Source: an uncultured virus (IMG/VR IMGVR_UViG_3300020438_000022)
Lineage: Duplodnaviria > Heunggongvirae > Uroviricota > Caudoviricetes
IMG/VR virus record: IMGVR_UViG_3300020438_000022
Length of the DNA stretch: 64,000 nucleotides
Strand: one strand, 5' to 3'
Positions within the stretch are counted from its first letter, which is position 1; each line of letters opens with the position of its first letter. The position numbers and the translations under genes were made by a program. Below the pieces are notes generated by a model. It was not told where the DNA came from. It saw only the letters and a list, made by a program, of their open reading frames with translations, and did no database searches. This document shows positions 1 to 9,103 of this stretch, piece by piece.

Positions 1-1
1 A

Positions 2-76
2 GGACTATATGTAAACGATGACGATCAGGATTGGGGTAGCGCTGGAATGAATGATATTCAAGAAGACTCAGAATAA
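2..76 (+). CDS. 3' end of an upstream ORF (partial, unknown product)
   Basis: Frame 2 reads GLYVNDDDQDWGSAGMNDIQEDSE* from the window edge to TAA at 74-76. Confidence 0.45.
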   Translation, partial: GLYVNDDDQDWGSAGMNDIQEDSE

Positions 77-132
77 AATCAAAAAGTTAATTTTAAATAC
101 ATTAAATATGAGCTCAAATATTAAATCTGGAA

Positions 133-516
133 ATGTATCATTTGAAAACACAGCGCAAATCTTGCTTCACAGCTCCATTAGCAGCTGGATACAATATCAA
201 TAGATTTGATTTACCTATTGTTGAAAGATTAAGTAGAAAATATAACAATACTAATAAAAATAATAACTCTAGTCTTTTTTATCCTCGTGATGTTCTAGAC
301 TTGATGAATATGATTTTTTATTGGTTCGAAAATGACTATGATCTTAAAAGCTATTCTATGGATAATCTTAGAGATTATCTTGGTATAGATAAGGAAGGGG
401 CTCATGACGCTTTAAAAGATGTTAGAGATACTGCTGAAATCTTAATACGTTTTATGAGACTGCATAGGAATATTGCGTCAAAAGTAAAGTTTAAAGGATC
501 ATTCTTTAATGAATAA
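133..516 (+). CDS. DEDDh 3'-5' exonuclease (DnaQ/epsilon-like), C-terminal portion only
   Basis: ExoII-like GYNINRFD and ExoIII HDALKD motifs are present and the ExoI DxE motif is absent. An in-frame TGA at 109-111 blocks upstream extension. Overlaps the dnaE start. Confidence 0.75.
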   Translation: MYHLKTQRKSCFTAPLAAGYNINRFDLPIVERLSRKYNNTNKNNNSSLFYPRDVLDLMNMIFYWFENDYDLKSYSMDNLRDYLGIDKEGAHDALKDVRDTAEILIRFMRLHRNIASKVKFKGSFFNE

Positions 517-2134
517 ATTTTATCAATTTGAGTGTGGGTGTAAATTCCCAGTTTTGGAAACAGATGATGAATTTCCTCATATAGATTTTATTGCTGATAT
601 AGAACACATATCTTTAGAATGTGCAAAGACATGGGATTTGATATCCGAAGGCAATACTAAAGGGTGTTTTCAATTAGAGTCACGCTTAGGTCAGTCTATA
701 TCTAAAAAACTTAAACCTTCAAACATAGAGCAACTATCAGCATTAATTAGTATATTAAGGCCAGGATGCTTAGAAGCATTTAGGAATGGCAAAAGCGTTA
801 CCAATCACTATATAGATAAGAAGAATGGTGCTGAGTCTGTAGATTATTATCATGATTCTCTAAAAGATATTCTGAATAGTACTTACGGAGAAATGATTTA
901 CCAAGAACAGGCTATGCAAATTACTCAAAAAATTGCTGGTTTTGATCTACAAGAAGCTGATATGCTAAGAAAAGCTATTGGTAAGAAAAAACCAGAAGAA
1001 ATGGCTAAAGTAAAGAAAAAGTTTTTATCTGGATGTGAGAAGTTAAGTGCAGTCAATCATGAACAAGCTATAGAAATTTTTACTTGGATCGAAAAAAGTC
1101 AAAGATATTCTTTCAATAAAAGTCATGCTATTTCGTATGCTATGAATGCATATCTTTCCGCTTACGCAAAAGCTCATTTCCCTAAAATATTTTTTGCTTC
1201 ATACCTAAGATTTGCTAAAGATAAAATTGATCCTCAACAGGAAATTAAGGAACTAACAAGAAACGCTTTAGAAATGGACGTTTTTGTTTCCATACCCGAT
1301 CTTAGAAACCTAAATAAATATTTTGTGTTAAAAAATAAAAAGATATATTTTGGACTTACAGACATCAAAGGTGTGGGAGAGTCTGTATACAATAAAATAC
1401 TTACTTTAGTAGAAGATAACAAACTTAATTTAACAGAAATAAATTGGGTGCAAGCATTATGTAAAATATTATTAAAAATAAATTCTACAGCAGCTAAAGC
1501 TTTAATCAGTTGCGGAGCACTGGACTTTTTAAAAAAGAGTAGGACAGAGATGTTGTTTGAATATGACATATGTAGTAGTTTAACAAAAAAGGAGCTGGAG
1601 TATTTTACCGAATATACTAAAGATACTTCTAATTTAATAAAATTATTACAACTTGTACAGAATACTAAACGAGTGAATAAGAACAGAAAAGAACACATAG
1701 CCACATTAATGTCCACAGTACATAAACCACCTTATTCTTTAATAGATAAAATAGAATGGCTTTCTGATTCTGAAAATTCTTTATTGGGTGTGGCAATTAC
1801 ATGCTCTAAGCTAGATACTTATAATATAGAAATGACTAATACTAATTGCAAAGATTTTAAAACTTCGGTTTCTGACAAGAACATTATTTTAGCAGCAGAA
1901 ATATCTAATGTTAATGTAACTAAAACTAAAAAAGGTAAAAACCCTGGATTAGAAATGTGTTTTGTAAGCGGCGAAGACCAATATGGTATGCTAGATTCAA
2001 TTATCATGTTTCCTGACCAATATGCTAAATATAAGGAGCATTTGTATAGTGGAAATGTTTTAATATTCATAGGAAATAGAAGTAAGGCTAAAGACTCTTT
2101 AATAGTCGATAAATGTTTTGCTCCTACAGCTTGA
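509..2134 (+). CDS. dnaE: DNA polymerase III alpha subunit, C-terminal half (fingers, HhH, OB fold)
   Basis: Family C motifs TKGCFQLES, ILRPG, TYGEMIYQEQAMQI, ADMLRKAIGKKK, YSFNKSHAISYA, FGLTDIKGVG, and C-terminal OB (TKKGK..MCFV..EDQYG). No PHP domain or palm aspartate motifs. Confidence 0.93.
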   Translation: MNKFYQFECGCKFPVLETDDEFPHIDFIADIEHISLECAKTWDLISEGNTKGCFQLESRLGQSISKKLKPSNIEQLSALISILRPGCLEAFRNGKSVTNHYIDKKNGAESVDYYHDSLKDILNSTYGEMIYQEQAMQITQKIAGFDLQEADMLRKAIGKKKPEEMAKVKKKFLSGCEKLSAVNHEQAIEIFTWIEKSQRYSFNKSHAISYAMNAYLSAYAKAHFPKIFFASYLRFAKDKIDPQQEIKELTRNALEMDVFVSIPDLRNLNKYFVLKNKKIYFGLTDIKGVGESVYNKILTLVEDNKLNLTEINWVQALCKILLKINSTAAKALISCGALDFLKKSRTEMLFEYDICSSLTKKELEYFTEYTKDTSNLIKLLQLVQNTKRVNKNRKEHIATLMSTVHKPPYSLIDKIEWLSDSENSLLGVAITCSKLDTYNIEMTNTNCKDFKTSVSDKNIILAAEISNVNVTKTKKGKNPGLEMCFVSGEDQYGMLDSIIMFPDQYAKYKEHLYSGNVLIFIGNRSKAKDSLIVDKCFAPTA

Positions 2135-2159
2135 CTACCGGTGTGGTTGAGCATATAAT
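2131..2159 (+). promoter_or_regulatory. sigma70-type promoter for ssb
   Basis: TTGACT (2131-2136), 17-nt spacer, TATAAT (2154-2159). Lies upstream of an AAGGAG RBS and the ATG at 2202. Confidence 0.8.
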
Positions 2160-2201
2160 AGTTATTGTTTGATGTTATTTTTTAAGGACAAGGAGTTGTG
2201 T

Positions 2202-2594
2202 ATGAATATCACATTACTAAGAGGTAATTTAGTTAGAGATCCAGAACTTAGAGTTGTAAATCCGTCAGGAAAGCAAACCTCTGTAGTGAATTTTACTATT
2301 GCTGTATCTAGAGAATATGTAAAAAACAGTGGAGAGAAAGACAAGATTACGTCTTTTATCAATTGTGAAGCCTGGGATACTGGAGCAGAGATTATTGCTG
2401 AATCATTTAAGAAGGGCGATTTAGCTATGGTTGAAGGTTCCTTAAGAAATGATTCTTGGGAAAAGGACGGGGTGAAGCACAGTACTCTAAAGGTTAGAGT
2501 GAACAATTTCTCTAAGATTACTAAGCTTAGTAGTAGGAGAAATAGCCAGCAACAGCAGGATAATAACCAAGAACAGCAGCCTGTTGCATTTTAA
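2202..2594 (+). CDS. ssb: single-stranded DNA-binding protein
   Basis: MNITLLRGNLVRDPELR...FINCEAW...KKGDLAMVEGSLRNDSWEKDG is the SSB OB signature. RBS AAGGAG at 2190-2195 supports a start at 2202 rather than 2169. Confidence 0.95.
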   Translation: MNITLLRGNLVRDPELRVVNPSGKQTSVVNFTIAVSREYVKNSGEKDKITSFINCEAWDTGAEIIAESFKKGDLAMVEGSLRNDSWEKDGVKHSTLKVRVNNFSKITKLSSRRNSQQQQDNNQEQQPVAF

Positions 2595-2617
2595 ATAAAA
2601 ACAATCACTCACAAACT

Positions 2618-2644
2618 GGGGGCGTAATGCCCCCTTTATTTTTA
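2618..2644 (+). terminator. intrinsic terminator after ssb
   Basis: Hairpin GGGGGC-GTAAT-GCCCCC followed by TTTATTTTT. Confidence 0.75.
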
Positions 2645-2645
2645 T

Positions 2646-4325
2646 ATGACAAATAATAAATTAAAAATCTTAATGTGTTCGGAAGCAAGTTTTTTAAGTT
2701 CAGGCTTTGGGACATATGCTAAAGAAATACTATCTAGATTACACGCCACAAACAAATATACCGTAGCTGAATTTGCATCTTACGGTATGGTAAATCATCC
2801 ACAAGATTCTAGTATAGATTGGATTTATTATGCCAATGCCGTTAGGTCAGACGATCCAAGACATAAAGAGTATAACGCGAGACAGGATAATCAGTTTGGT
2901 AGATGGCGATTTGAAAAAGTTTTAATAGATTTCAAACCAGATATAGTTATTGATGTTCGTGACTATTGGATGTCTGCATATCAACAGTTTAGTCCTTTAA
3001 GAAAATTTTTCCACTGGATCTTAATGCCTACAGTGGACTCTGAACCACAACAAGAACCGTGGCTAGATACATATATAAATGCTGATGCTATCTTTACGTA
3101 TTCCGATTGGGGTGCTGATGTTTTAAAGAAACAAACCTCTAATCATATTAACTACATTGATACTACATCTCCTGGAGTAGATTTAAAAACATTTAATATC
3201 AAGCACAATAAAAAAGAAATTAAAAACAAACTAGGTTTGCCTGAAGATTCTATAATTATAGGATCTGTAATGAGAAACCAAAAGCGCAAACTAATACCTG
3301 AATTACTAATTTCTTTCAGGAAATTATTAGATGACTTATATGAGAGTAACGACCCCAATAAAGATAAAGTATACTTATATTTACACACTAGCTACCCTGA
3401 CATGGGATGGGATATACCAGAATTAATTAGACATCATCGAGTAGCTAACAGAGTATTATTCACATATGTATGCAAGAACTGCAAGCATATACAAGCATCT
3501 ACCTTCAATGGTCCTGCAAGAAGATGTAGTAGATGTTTAGAAAAAACCAGTATGTTTCCTTCTGTTTCTACAGGTATATCTCAATCAGAATTAGCAGAAA
3601 TATATAATTGTTTTGATCTATACGTACAGTATGCAATATGTGAAGGTTTTGGTATGCCGCAAGTAGAAGCTGGTGCTTGTGGAGTTCCTGTTATTACAGT
3701 AAACTATAGTGCTATGTGCGACTTAGTAAATAAAATAGAAGCAATGCCTGTAAACCCTAGATCTTATTTTACAGAATTAGAAACTAAAGCTACAAGAGTA
3801 TATCCAGATAATGAACAACTAATTAAACATATCAAAGATTTTATTAAATTATCAGAAAAAGAGAAGACGAAGAAGAAAGAACATACTCGACTATTAACAG
3901 AAAAATATTATAATTGGGACGACGTTGCAAAAAAATGGGAATCATATTTAGATACTCTTGACAACAATGGATATAGAGCTAATTGGCATACTGCTCCTGC
4001 TAATATGGAGGATATAGGACCTATTAATTTTGATACCATCAATCCTTCCCAGTATTTTGACGTTATGGTAAATATTTGTCAAAAATCTCTAAGGAACATA
4101 GACGAAATAGGCGCTTATCATATGCTAGATATGTTGTGCCATGCAGACTATGGTTTTGTACTACAAGGAATGAATCCACAAAAAGTTGATAATATTGGCA
4201 ATCTGATAGAATATGTCAATACATTTATTAAAAATAATAATCTATCTGATCATGTAAGACATAATAATATTCCGATAGAAGAAGATTTTATCTCATATGC
4301 TAAAATTAAAAACGAGACCAAATGA
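2646..4325 (+). CDS. GT-B glycosyltransferase (GT4-like) with an inserted Zn-finger-like segment
   Basis: N-terminal SGFGTYAKE, RNQKRK donor-binding motif, EGFGMPQVEAGACGVPVI (Ex7E), YNWDDVAKKW. Internal CKNC...CSRC. Confidence 0.9.
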   Translation: MTNNKLKILMCSEASFLSSGFGTYAKEILSRLHATNKYTVAEFASYGMVNHPQDSSIDWIYYANAVRSDDPRHKEYNARQDNQFGRWRFEKVLIDFKPDIVIDVRDYWMSAYQQFSPLRKFFHWILMPTVDSEPQQEPWLDTYINADAIFTYSDWGADVLKKQTSNHINYIDTTSPGVDLKTFNIKHNKKEIKNKLGLPEDSIIIGSVMRNQKRKLIPELLISFRKLLDDLYESNDPNKDKVYLYLHTSYPDMGWDIPELIRHHRVANRVLFTYVCKNCKHIQASTFNGPARRCSRCLEKTSMFPSVSTGISQSELAEIYNCFDLYVQYAICEGFGMPQVEAGACGVPVITVNYSAMCDLVNKIEAMPVNPRSYFTELETKATRVYPDNEQLIKHIKDFIKLSEKEKTKKKEHTRLLTEKYYNWDDVAKKWESYLDTLDNNGYRANWHTAPANMEDIGPINFDTINPSQYFDVMVNICQKSLRNIDEIGAYHMLDMLCHADYGFVLQGMNPQKVDNIGNLIEYVNTFIKNNNLSDHVRHNNIPIEEDFISYAKIKNETK

Positions 4326-5284
4326 AAACACTTTTTTTAGGACCATATAGACATAACAACTTACTAGGCAAGGCATCAAGCGTATATCTTGCTAATTTAG
4401 CAGATAATGTGCCTGAATTAACTTCTAGACATATACCTGTTTCAGCAAATACAACTGATTCACAAAATGAAGCATATAATACAGAAAAAAATTATTATAA
4501 AAGTTATGACATAATATTACAGCATCTACCCGTAAATCTTTTAGGGTTTTCTAAAAGTCATAAAAATATCGCAATTCCTATTTTTGATACTAAAAATATA
4601 AATACAAAAGAAATTAAAATACTACGTCAATTCGATGAAGTATGGGCAGATACTAAATATATATATCAAACCCTACAAGATAAAGATATTAATGTTAAGT
4701 TTGTAAAACCTGTTTTAGATAATAAAAAGCTGTACTTTACTAAAGATAAAGAAAATTTTAGTTTCTGGAATTTTTATAAAAAAATGTACTTTATTGGGGA
4801 GTATACTCAGAATCTTGATACTGTTCAACAGATAATATTAGACTTTACGCTTTTTGCAACCCTGCAAAAGAAATGGTGCTTAGTACTTTATCTTCCCAAT
4901 ATTACATCAGAACAAAAAAATGATTTGTCAAAAACTTGTTTAGATATATTTAAAAAAGCAGGTTATGTATACAATAACATACCTGTAGTTATTGTTGATG
5001 ATGATTGTAGCTATCAGAATATTTCTAAAATACATAATAGTGGTGACGTATTATTAAATATCGGTGAAGTTTTTAATCCTATAAATTATTGGTACGCTAG
5101 TACTACATCTAATAAGATAGTAGATTTTGTTGATTGCAAACAATCTAATACTTTTATTAAAAATAGTTATTTAAATATGGATCAATATAATGTTGTTAAT
5201 AACCCGGTTACCGAAACAAAACCAAGCAACAAACAATTTTCTAATAGTTTACCCATTTCTGAGTTAATAAATGCTTTTAAGTAA
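4322..5284 (+). CDS. degenerate GT-B glycosyltransferase-like protein
   Basis: MKTLFLGPYR..., YDIILQHLP, FDEVW and IHNSGDV resemble phage GT4-like proteins, but there is no EGFG/Ex7E motif. ATGA overlap with the previous gene. Confidence 0.55.
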   Translation: MKTLFLGPYRHNNLLGKASSVYLANLADNVPELTSRHIPVSANTTDSQNEAYNTEKNYYKSYDIILQHLPVNLLGFSKSHKNIAIPIFDTKNINTKEIKILRQFDEVWADTKYIYQTLQDKDINVKFVKPVLDNKKLYFTKDKENFSFWNFYKKMYFIGEYTQNLDTVQQIILDFTLFATLQKKWCLVLYLPNITSEQKNDLSKTCLDIFKKAGYVYNNIPVVIVDDDCSYQNISKIHNSGDVLLNIGEVFNPINYWYASTTSNKIVDFVDCKQSNTFIKNSYLNMDQYNVVNNPVTETKPSNKQFSNSLPISELINAFK

Positions 5285-6095
5285 TAATACAATATTTAAA
5301 ACTATAAATAAAAAAATGTATGTAAAGTACTATAATCATAATACATTCTTTGATCAGATTATTAAACAAACAGACATACCTATTTTTGATATTTCTTTAG
5401 AAAAAACAGCTCTACCTTTTGGGTGTACTTTACACAATAATCCTTTTCAATATATAGATAGTAAAAAATATGCATACGATAATGTGATTTTTATGCATCA
5501 AAATAACTGGAGTCAAAAAATAAAAAAAGAAGATTTAGCCTTAATGCAATCTCATCTCCAGAGTAATTACAAGATTTGTTTTGATCCAAGTATTTTTTCT
5601 AAATTTCAATCAGATAATGTAACAAACTGTATTAAATACGGATTACCTAAGCCAGAAAAATTATCAGAAAAAAGAAATAAAGAAATTTTAGTTTTAAATA
5701 CTAATAAAAGTCAACCGTGTCAAATTGTTTATAAGCAACTAAAACATATTTATCCTAATACAGATATTTTAGATAATAACAACTTGTCGTATGATGAATT
5801 GTGCTACAAGCTATCTGAATACAAAACAGTATTTAGTGAAGGAATTACTATTAACGAAATAGTAGCCAATGTATGTGGATGTTATGTATTTAGTTCCGGA
5901 TTGTCTTATGAAGGGTCTATTGGTGCGTTTGAGACTTTAGATATGGATAATTTACTAAGAATAATCGAGAATAAAATAACAGAAGATATATCAGTATCTA
6001 CTGAACAAAAAGATAATTTACTGTCTATATATAATTTTGGTCGGTTTTCTATGAATCTAGAAGTATTTTTTAACAATCTAACCCAAAAGATTTAA
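5271..6095 (+). CDS. hypothetical protein, possible degenerate glycosyltransferase
   Basis: LSYDELCYKLSEYK...EIVANVCGCYV resembles the GT-B C-terminal 'EA..CG.PV' region. Cluster context. Confidence 0.45.
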   Translation: MLLSNNTIFKTINKKMYVKYYNHNTFFDQIIKQTDIPIFDISLEKTALPFGCTLHNNPFQYIDSKKYAYDNVIFMHQNNWSQKIKKEDLALMQSHLQSNYKICFDPSIFSKFQSDNVTNCIKYGLPKPEKLSEKRNKEILVLNTNKSQPCQIVYKQLKHIYPNTDILDNNNLSYDELCYKLSEYKTVFSEGITINEIVANVCGCYVFSSGLSYEGSIGAFETLDMDNLLRIIENKITEDISVSTEQKDNLLSIYNFGRFSMNLEVFFNNLTQKI

Positions 6096-6097
6096 TC

Positions 6098-6511
6098 ATG
6101 CACAGATCTATTAACTTATGCACGGATGACGCTAGAACAATTCTCTCTAATATGGATAATACCAATATTAATCAATTAAATAATATTGTAAACTTTTCTG
6201 TAGATACTATCAATTGCGAGATACTGGAGTATGTCATATCCAGTCATCTTAGTGAGGTATTGTCTGTAATCTATAATAAAATTAGAAAGAACGGTATACT
6301 AGTACTTAGATTTAAAGACTTTAAGGAAATTAGTCACAAATACTATCAAACAAAAATGTCAGACGAAGAATATTTGCAGAAAATCAGTAACACAGCTAGT
6401 ATTATTAGCATAGACAGGATTATTTCTACAATAGATAATAACTTATCTGTCCACAATATAGAATATAATAATGATTACATCACAATGATAATTAAAAGGC
6501 TTAAAAATTAA
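6098..6511 (+). CDS. degenerate SAM-methyltransferase-like protein
   Basis: SVDTINCEILEYV...LSVIYNKIRKNGILVL matches the class I MTase 'LEH...LKPGG.L' region. No glycine-rich motif I. Confidence 0.5.
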   Translation: MHRSINLCTDDARTILSNMDNTNINQLNNIVNFSVDTINCEILEYVISSHLSEVLSVIYNKIRKNGILVLRFKDFKEISHKYYQTKMSDEEYLQKISNTASIISIDRIISTIDNNLSVHNIEYNNDYITMIIKRLKN

Positions 6512-7275
6512 TGAAGAATACTTCGTGTAAAAAATGTATCTTTAGTAATATTGCTGATAGTAATAATGCTTGTGAATTGAATATAGTTGATGTTATAAAA
6601 GATACAAAAGATATATCTGTCGAGCAAGAATACAACTACATTAAAAACTATGAATGTCAATATGCGTTAGATGATAATTTTTATAAGGAAAATATTGCTG
6701 ATCATGTATCTAAAGAAGATTTGAAAGATCATATATTCTATAATAGAACTATAAATTATTGGCTAGTAATTAATTGTGATAGTATAGACGATATTGACAA
6801 TGCTTGTAAAGAGATAAATTCTTTTGATATTTTACCTAAGAAAATTTCTTTTTTTGTTTATTCTTTAGAAACAGAAGCTTTGGAACAAATAACTAAAAAA
6901 ATAGGAAATCAAATAAAAGATATCAAGTGGACAGTACACCAGATACTAGACCAAGATGAACTAGACAATATATTATATGCTACGATTAGCGTACTCAAAC
7001 AATCAGAAAATTTACATTATTTTTTGATAGCAGACATAGATAATATTGTATCTAAGAATATAAACAATCAATCTATAAGTCTTTTAAATCATATATGTAC
7101 TATAGAACAACCAGAAGACTGTAATGCTTTACGGCAACAAAATGCTAAAAAGGATAGCATCGATAGTTTATTTATGTCTATGGAATCATACAAATATTTC
7201 ACAAAACACTACAGTCAGTCTATTAGTTATTGTATTAATCGTGTACCAAATTTTTGTATGTGTAATTATGATTGA
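6511..7275 (+). CDS. hypothetical protein with N-terminal Cys cluster
   Basis: 254-aa ORF coupled (TAATG) to its neighbour. TSCKKCIFS...C...C. Confidence 0.7.
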   Translation: MKNTSCKKCIFSNIADSNNACELNIVDVIKDTKDISVEQEYNYIKNYECQYALDDNFYKENIADHVSKEDLKDHIFYNRTINYWLVINCDSIDDIDNACKEINSFDILPKKISFFVYSLETEALEQITKKIGNQIKDIKWTVHQILDQDELDNILYATISVLKQSENLHYFLIADIDNIVSKNINNQSISLLNHICTIEQPEDCNALRQQNAKKDSIDSLFMSMESYKYFTKHYSQSISYCINRVPNFCMCNYD

Positions 7276-7939
7276 TGCTATTATTAATATTTCTGAAATC
7301 ACTAAAGGCATGAAAAGCGTAGGAGCAAAAGCTCTATTAAAAATTAATAACATGTCAATTATAGAACATCAAATCTATCAATTAAAATCAATACACAGAA
7401 ATATAAAAATTAATGTTATTACTGGGTTTGAACACGAAAAGGTTAAGAAAACTTTATCAAAATATAGAAACATAAATATTATATATAATCCTGATTATCA
7501 AAACAGTAATGAAAGCATGGGTTTAAAATTATTATTTGAAAATAAATGTAATATAGAAAGATTATTTTGGCTGTCTAGTGGAGTTTTAATTAAACCTAAA
7601 AGTATCACTAGTAGCGTAGTTAGAAACGAATCTAAAATTTTTTTATTAGATAAACAGAAAAATAATTTCGGTCTGGGTTGCAGCAATAATACTAATATTG
7701 AATATATTTTTTATGATTTGCCTTTTACTTGGTCTGAATGCTTGTTTTTAAATGCAGAAGCTACAGCTAAGTTGCGTGGACTATTAAAATCTAATAGTAT
7801 AAAGCAAATGTTTTTTTTTGAATTGGTTAATAGTTTGATTGCTCATAATATTAATCTAAAATCTGAAAAAATATCCAAAAGCAAAGTTATAAAAATTACT
7901 ACCATAAAAGACTTACCTAAAATTAAGCGTTTCATATGA
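7268..7939 (+). CDS. sugar/choline-phosphate nucleotidyltransferase-like protein (NTP transferase fold, degenerate)
   Basis: GMKSVGAKALLKI....IIEHQI..L, VITGFEHEKV and IIYNPDYQNSN match LicC/GlmU-type NTases. The LAAGxGxR loop is replaced by ISEITKG. Start re-called at ATG 7268. Confidence 0.75.
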   Translation: MIDAIINISEITKGMKSVGAKALLKINNMSIIEHQIYQLKSIHRNIKINVITGFEHEKVKKTLSKYRNINIIYNPDYQNSNESMGLKLLFENKCNIERLFWLSSGVLIKPKSITSSVVRNESKIFLLDKQKNNFGLGCSNNTNIEYIFYDLPFTWSECLFLNAEATAKLRGLLKSNSIKQMFFFELVNSLIAHNINLKSEKISKSKVIKITTIKDLPKIKRFI

Positions 7940-8643
7940 ATATATTAGTACAAAAAAATTTAAATAAATTTACAAATAACATCAGTCTGCTCAACAACGA
8001 GCACACAATCTATAATCTTGATATAGAACATCAGTTATACAGACTGCATGATGTACTGAATATTAATTGTGCTATATTTACTATGTCTAAAATTACTACT
8101 GAAATTATTCAGTATATTGTTGAGTTTCATAATTCTGTCAAAATTATAGTTTACCATGATCATATAAATACAGACTTTATTGATACTTATCACAAACAGT
8201 GTGTTAATTTAGTACAAGACCACGACTCAAAAAACGCCCACAAAATACCTAATCTGTTAAATGAACAAGTATTCATTCCTAGTGTTCCAAAAAATATTAA
8301 ACATGAAATAGTAACATTTTTTGATAATACTACAGATATACCTGAAGAGTTATCTCCTTTTCTATATCCAGAAAACAAGTCATCAGAAATTAAAATTTTT
8401 AATGCGCCTAAGTTACAGCACATTCAAAATCTAGGTATGTTAAGCGAACCAGAAAAAAACACTATTTTAAATCATAGTAAATTTTTTGTAGCTGTTGATA
8501 ATGCCTATGTCGTCGAAGCTATCTATTTAGGTTGTAAGGTTTTGACTGTCTCAGAGCTAAATACAAAAAAAGCTGAAACATATACAAAAATTCCAGAATA
8601 TACAACGTATAACAACTATTTAAAGGTTTTACTCAATGAATAA
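7936..8643 (+). CDS. hypothetical protein, possible degenerate glycosyltransferase
   Basis: QNLGMLSEPEKNTILNHSKFF...VVEAIYLGCKVL resembles the GT-B C-terminal domain. ATGA overlap. Confidence 0.5.
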   Translation: MNILVQKNLNKFTNNISLLNNEHTIYNLDIEHQLYRLHDVLNINCAIFTMSKITTEIIQYIVEFHNSVKIIVYHDHINTDFIDTYHKQCVNLVQDHDSKNAHKIPNLLNEQVFIPSVPKNIKHEIVTFFDNTTDIPEELSPFLYPENKSSEIKIFNAPKLQHIQNLGMLSEPEKNTILNHSKFFVAVDNAYVVEAIYLGCKVLTVSELNTKKAETYTKIPEYTTYNNYLKVLLNE

Positions 8644-9103
8644 AACAGAACAAGATATAGGTTTTGTAATACCTAAATTGGAACATAATCCATTGTGTAA
8701 CAAAATTATTGATTGTATTAATCAGTTTATTGCTAACAACCCCAATAATCAATATATAATTTTTAATAGTTTTAACGATAGATATGACACTCACACTATT
8801 CCTGTTTTACATCTATCTGAATCCAAGTTTTTTTATGGTAAGCTATTTTTATTTGACTTGATATCAGTTATTTTAACTGAAAAATTTCCTAATGTATATC
8901 ACAGATTCTTATATTTACAAGATATTCCTTGGAAAGAAAATCCTACAACAGGTTATAAAAATCATGAAAAAGTATTTAATCAAAATAAGTTGGATTTTAT
9001 TTCTAAAAATAATCATATAAATGATATTTACAGCATATGTTGGAAAAAACCGCTATGTATATCAGAGGAGTTCGACTATGACACAATCAAAAAAATCGTA
9101 TAA
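8636..9103 (+). CDS. hypothetical protein of the glycosyltransferase cluster
   Basis: 155-aa ORF overlapping both neighbours. FLYLQDIPW resembles GT-B N-terminal-domain strands. Confidence 0.6.
   Translation: MNKTEQDIGFVIPKLEHNPLCNKIIDCINQFIANNPNNQYIIFNSFNDRYDTHTIPVLHLSESKFFYGKLFLFDLISVILTEKFPNVYHRFLYLQDIPWKENPTTGYKNHEKVFNQNKLDFISKNNHINDIYSICWKKPLCISEEFDYDTIKKIV

Noticed and set aside
509..620. Split intein at the DnaE N-terminus
   Set aside because: No intein block F/G or HN-(C/S/T) junction is visible.
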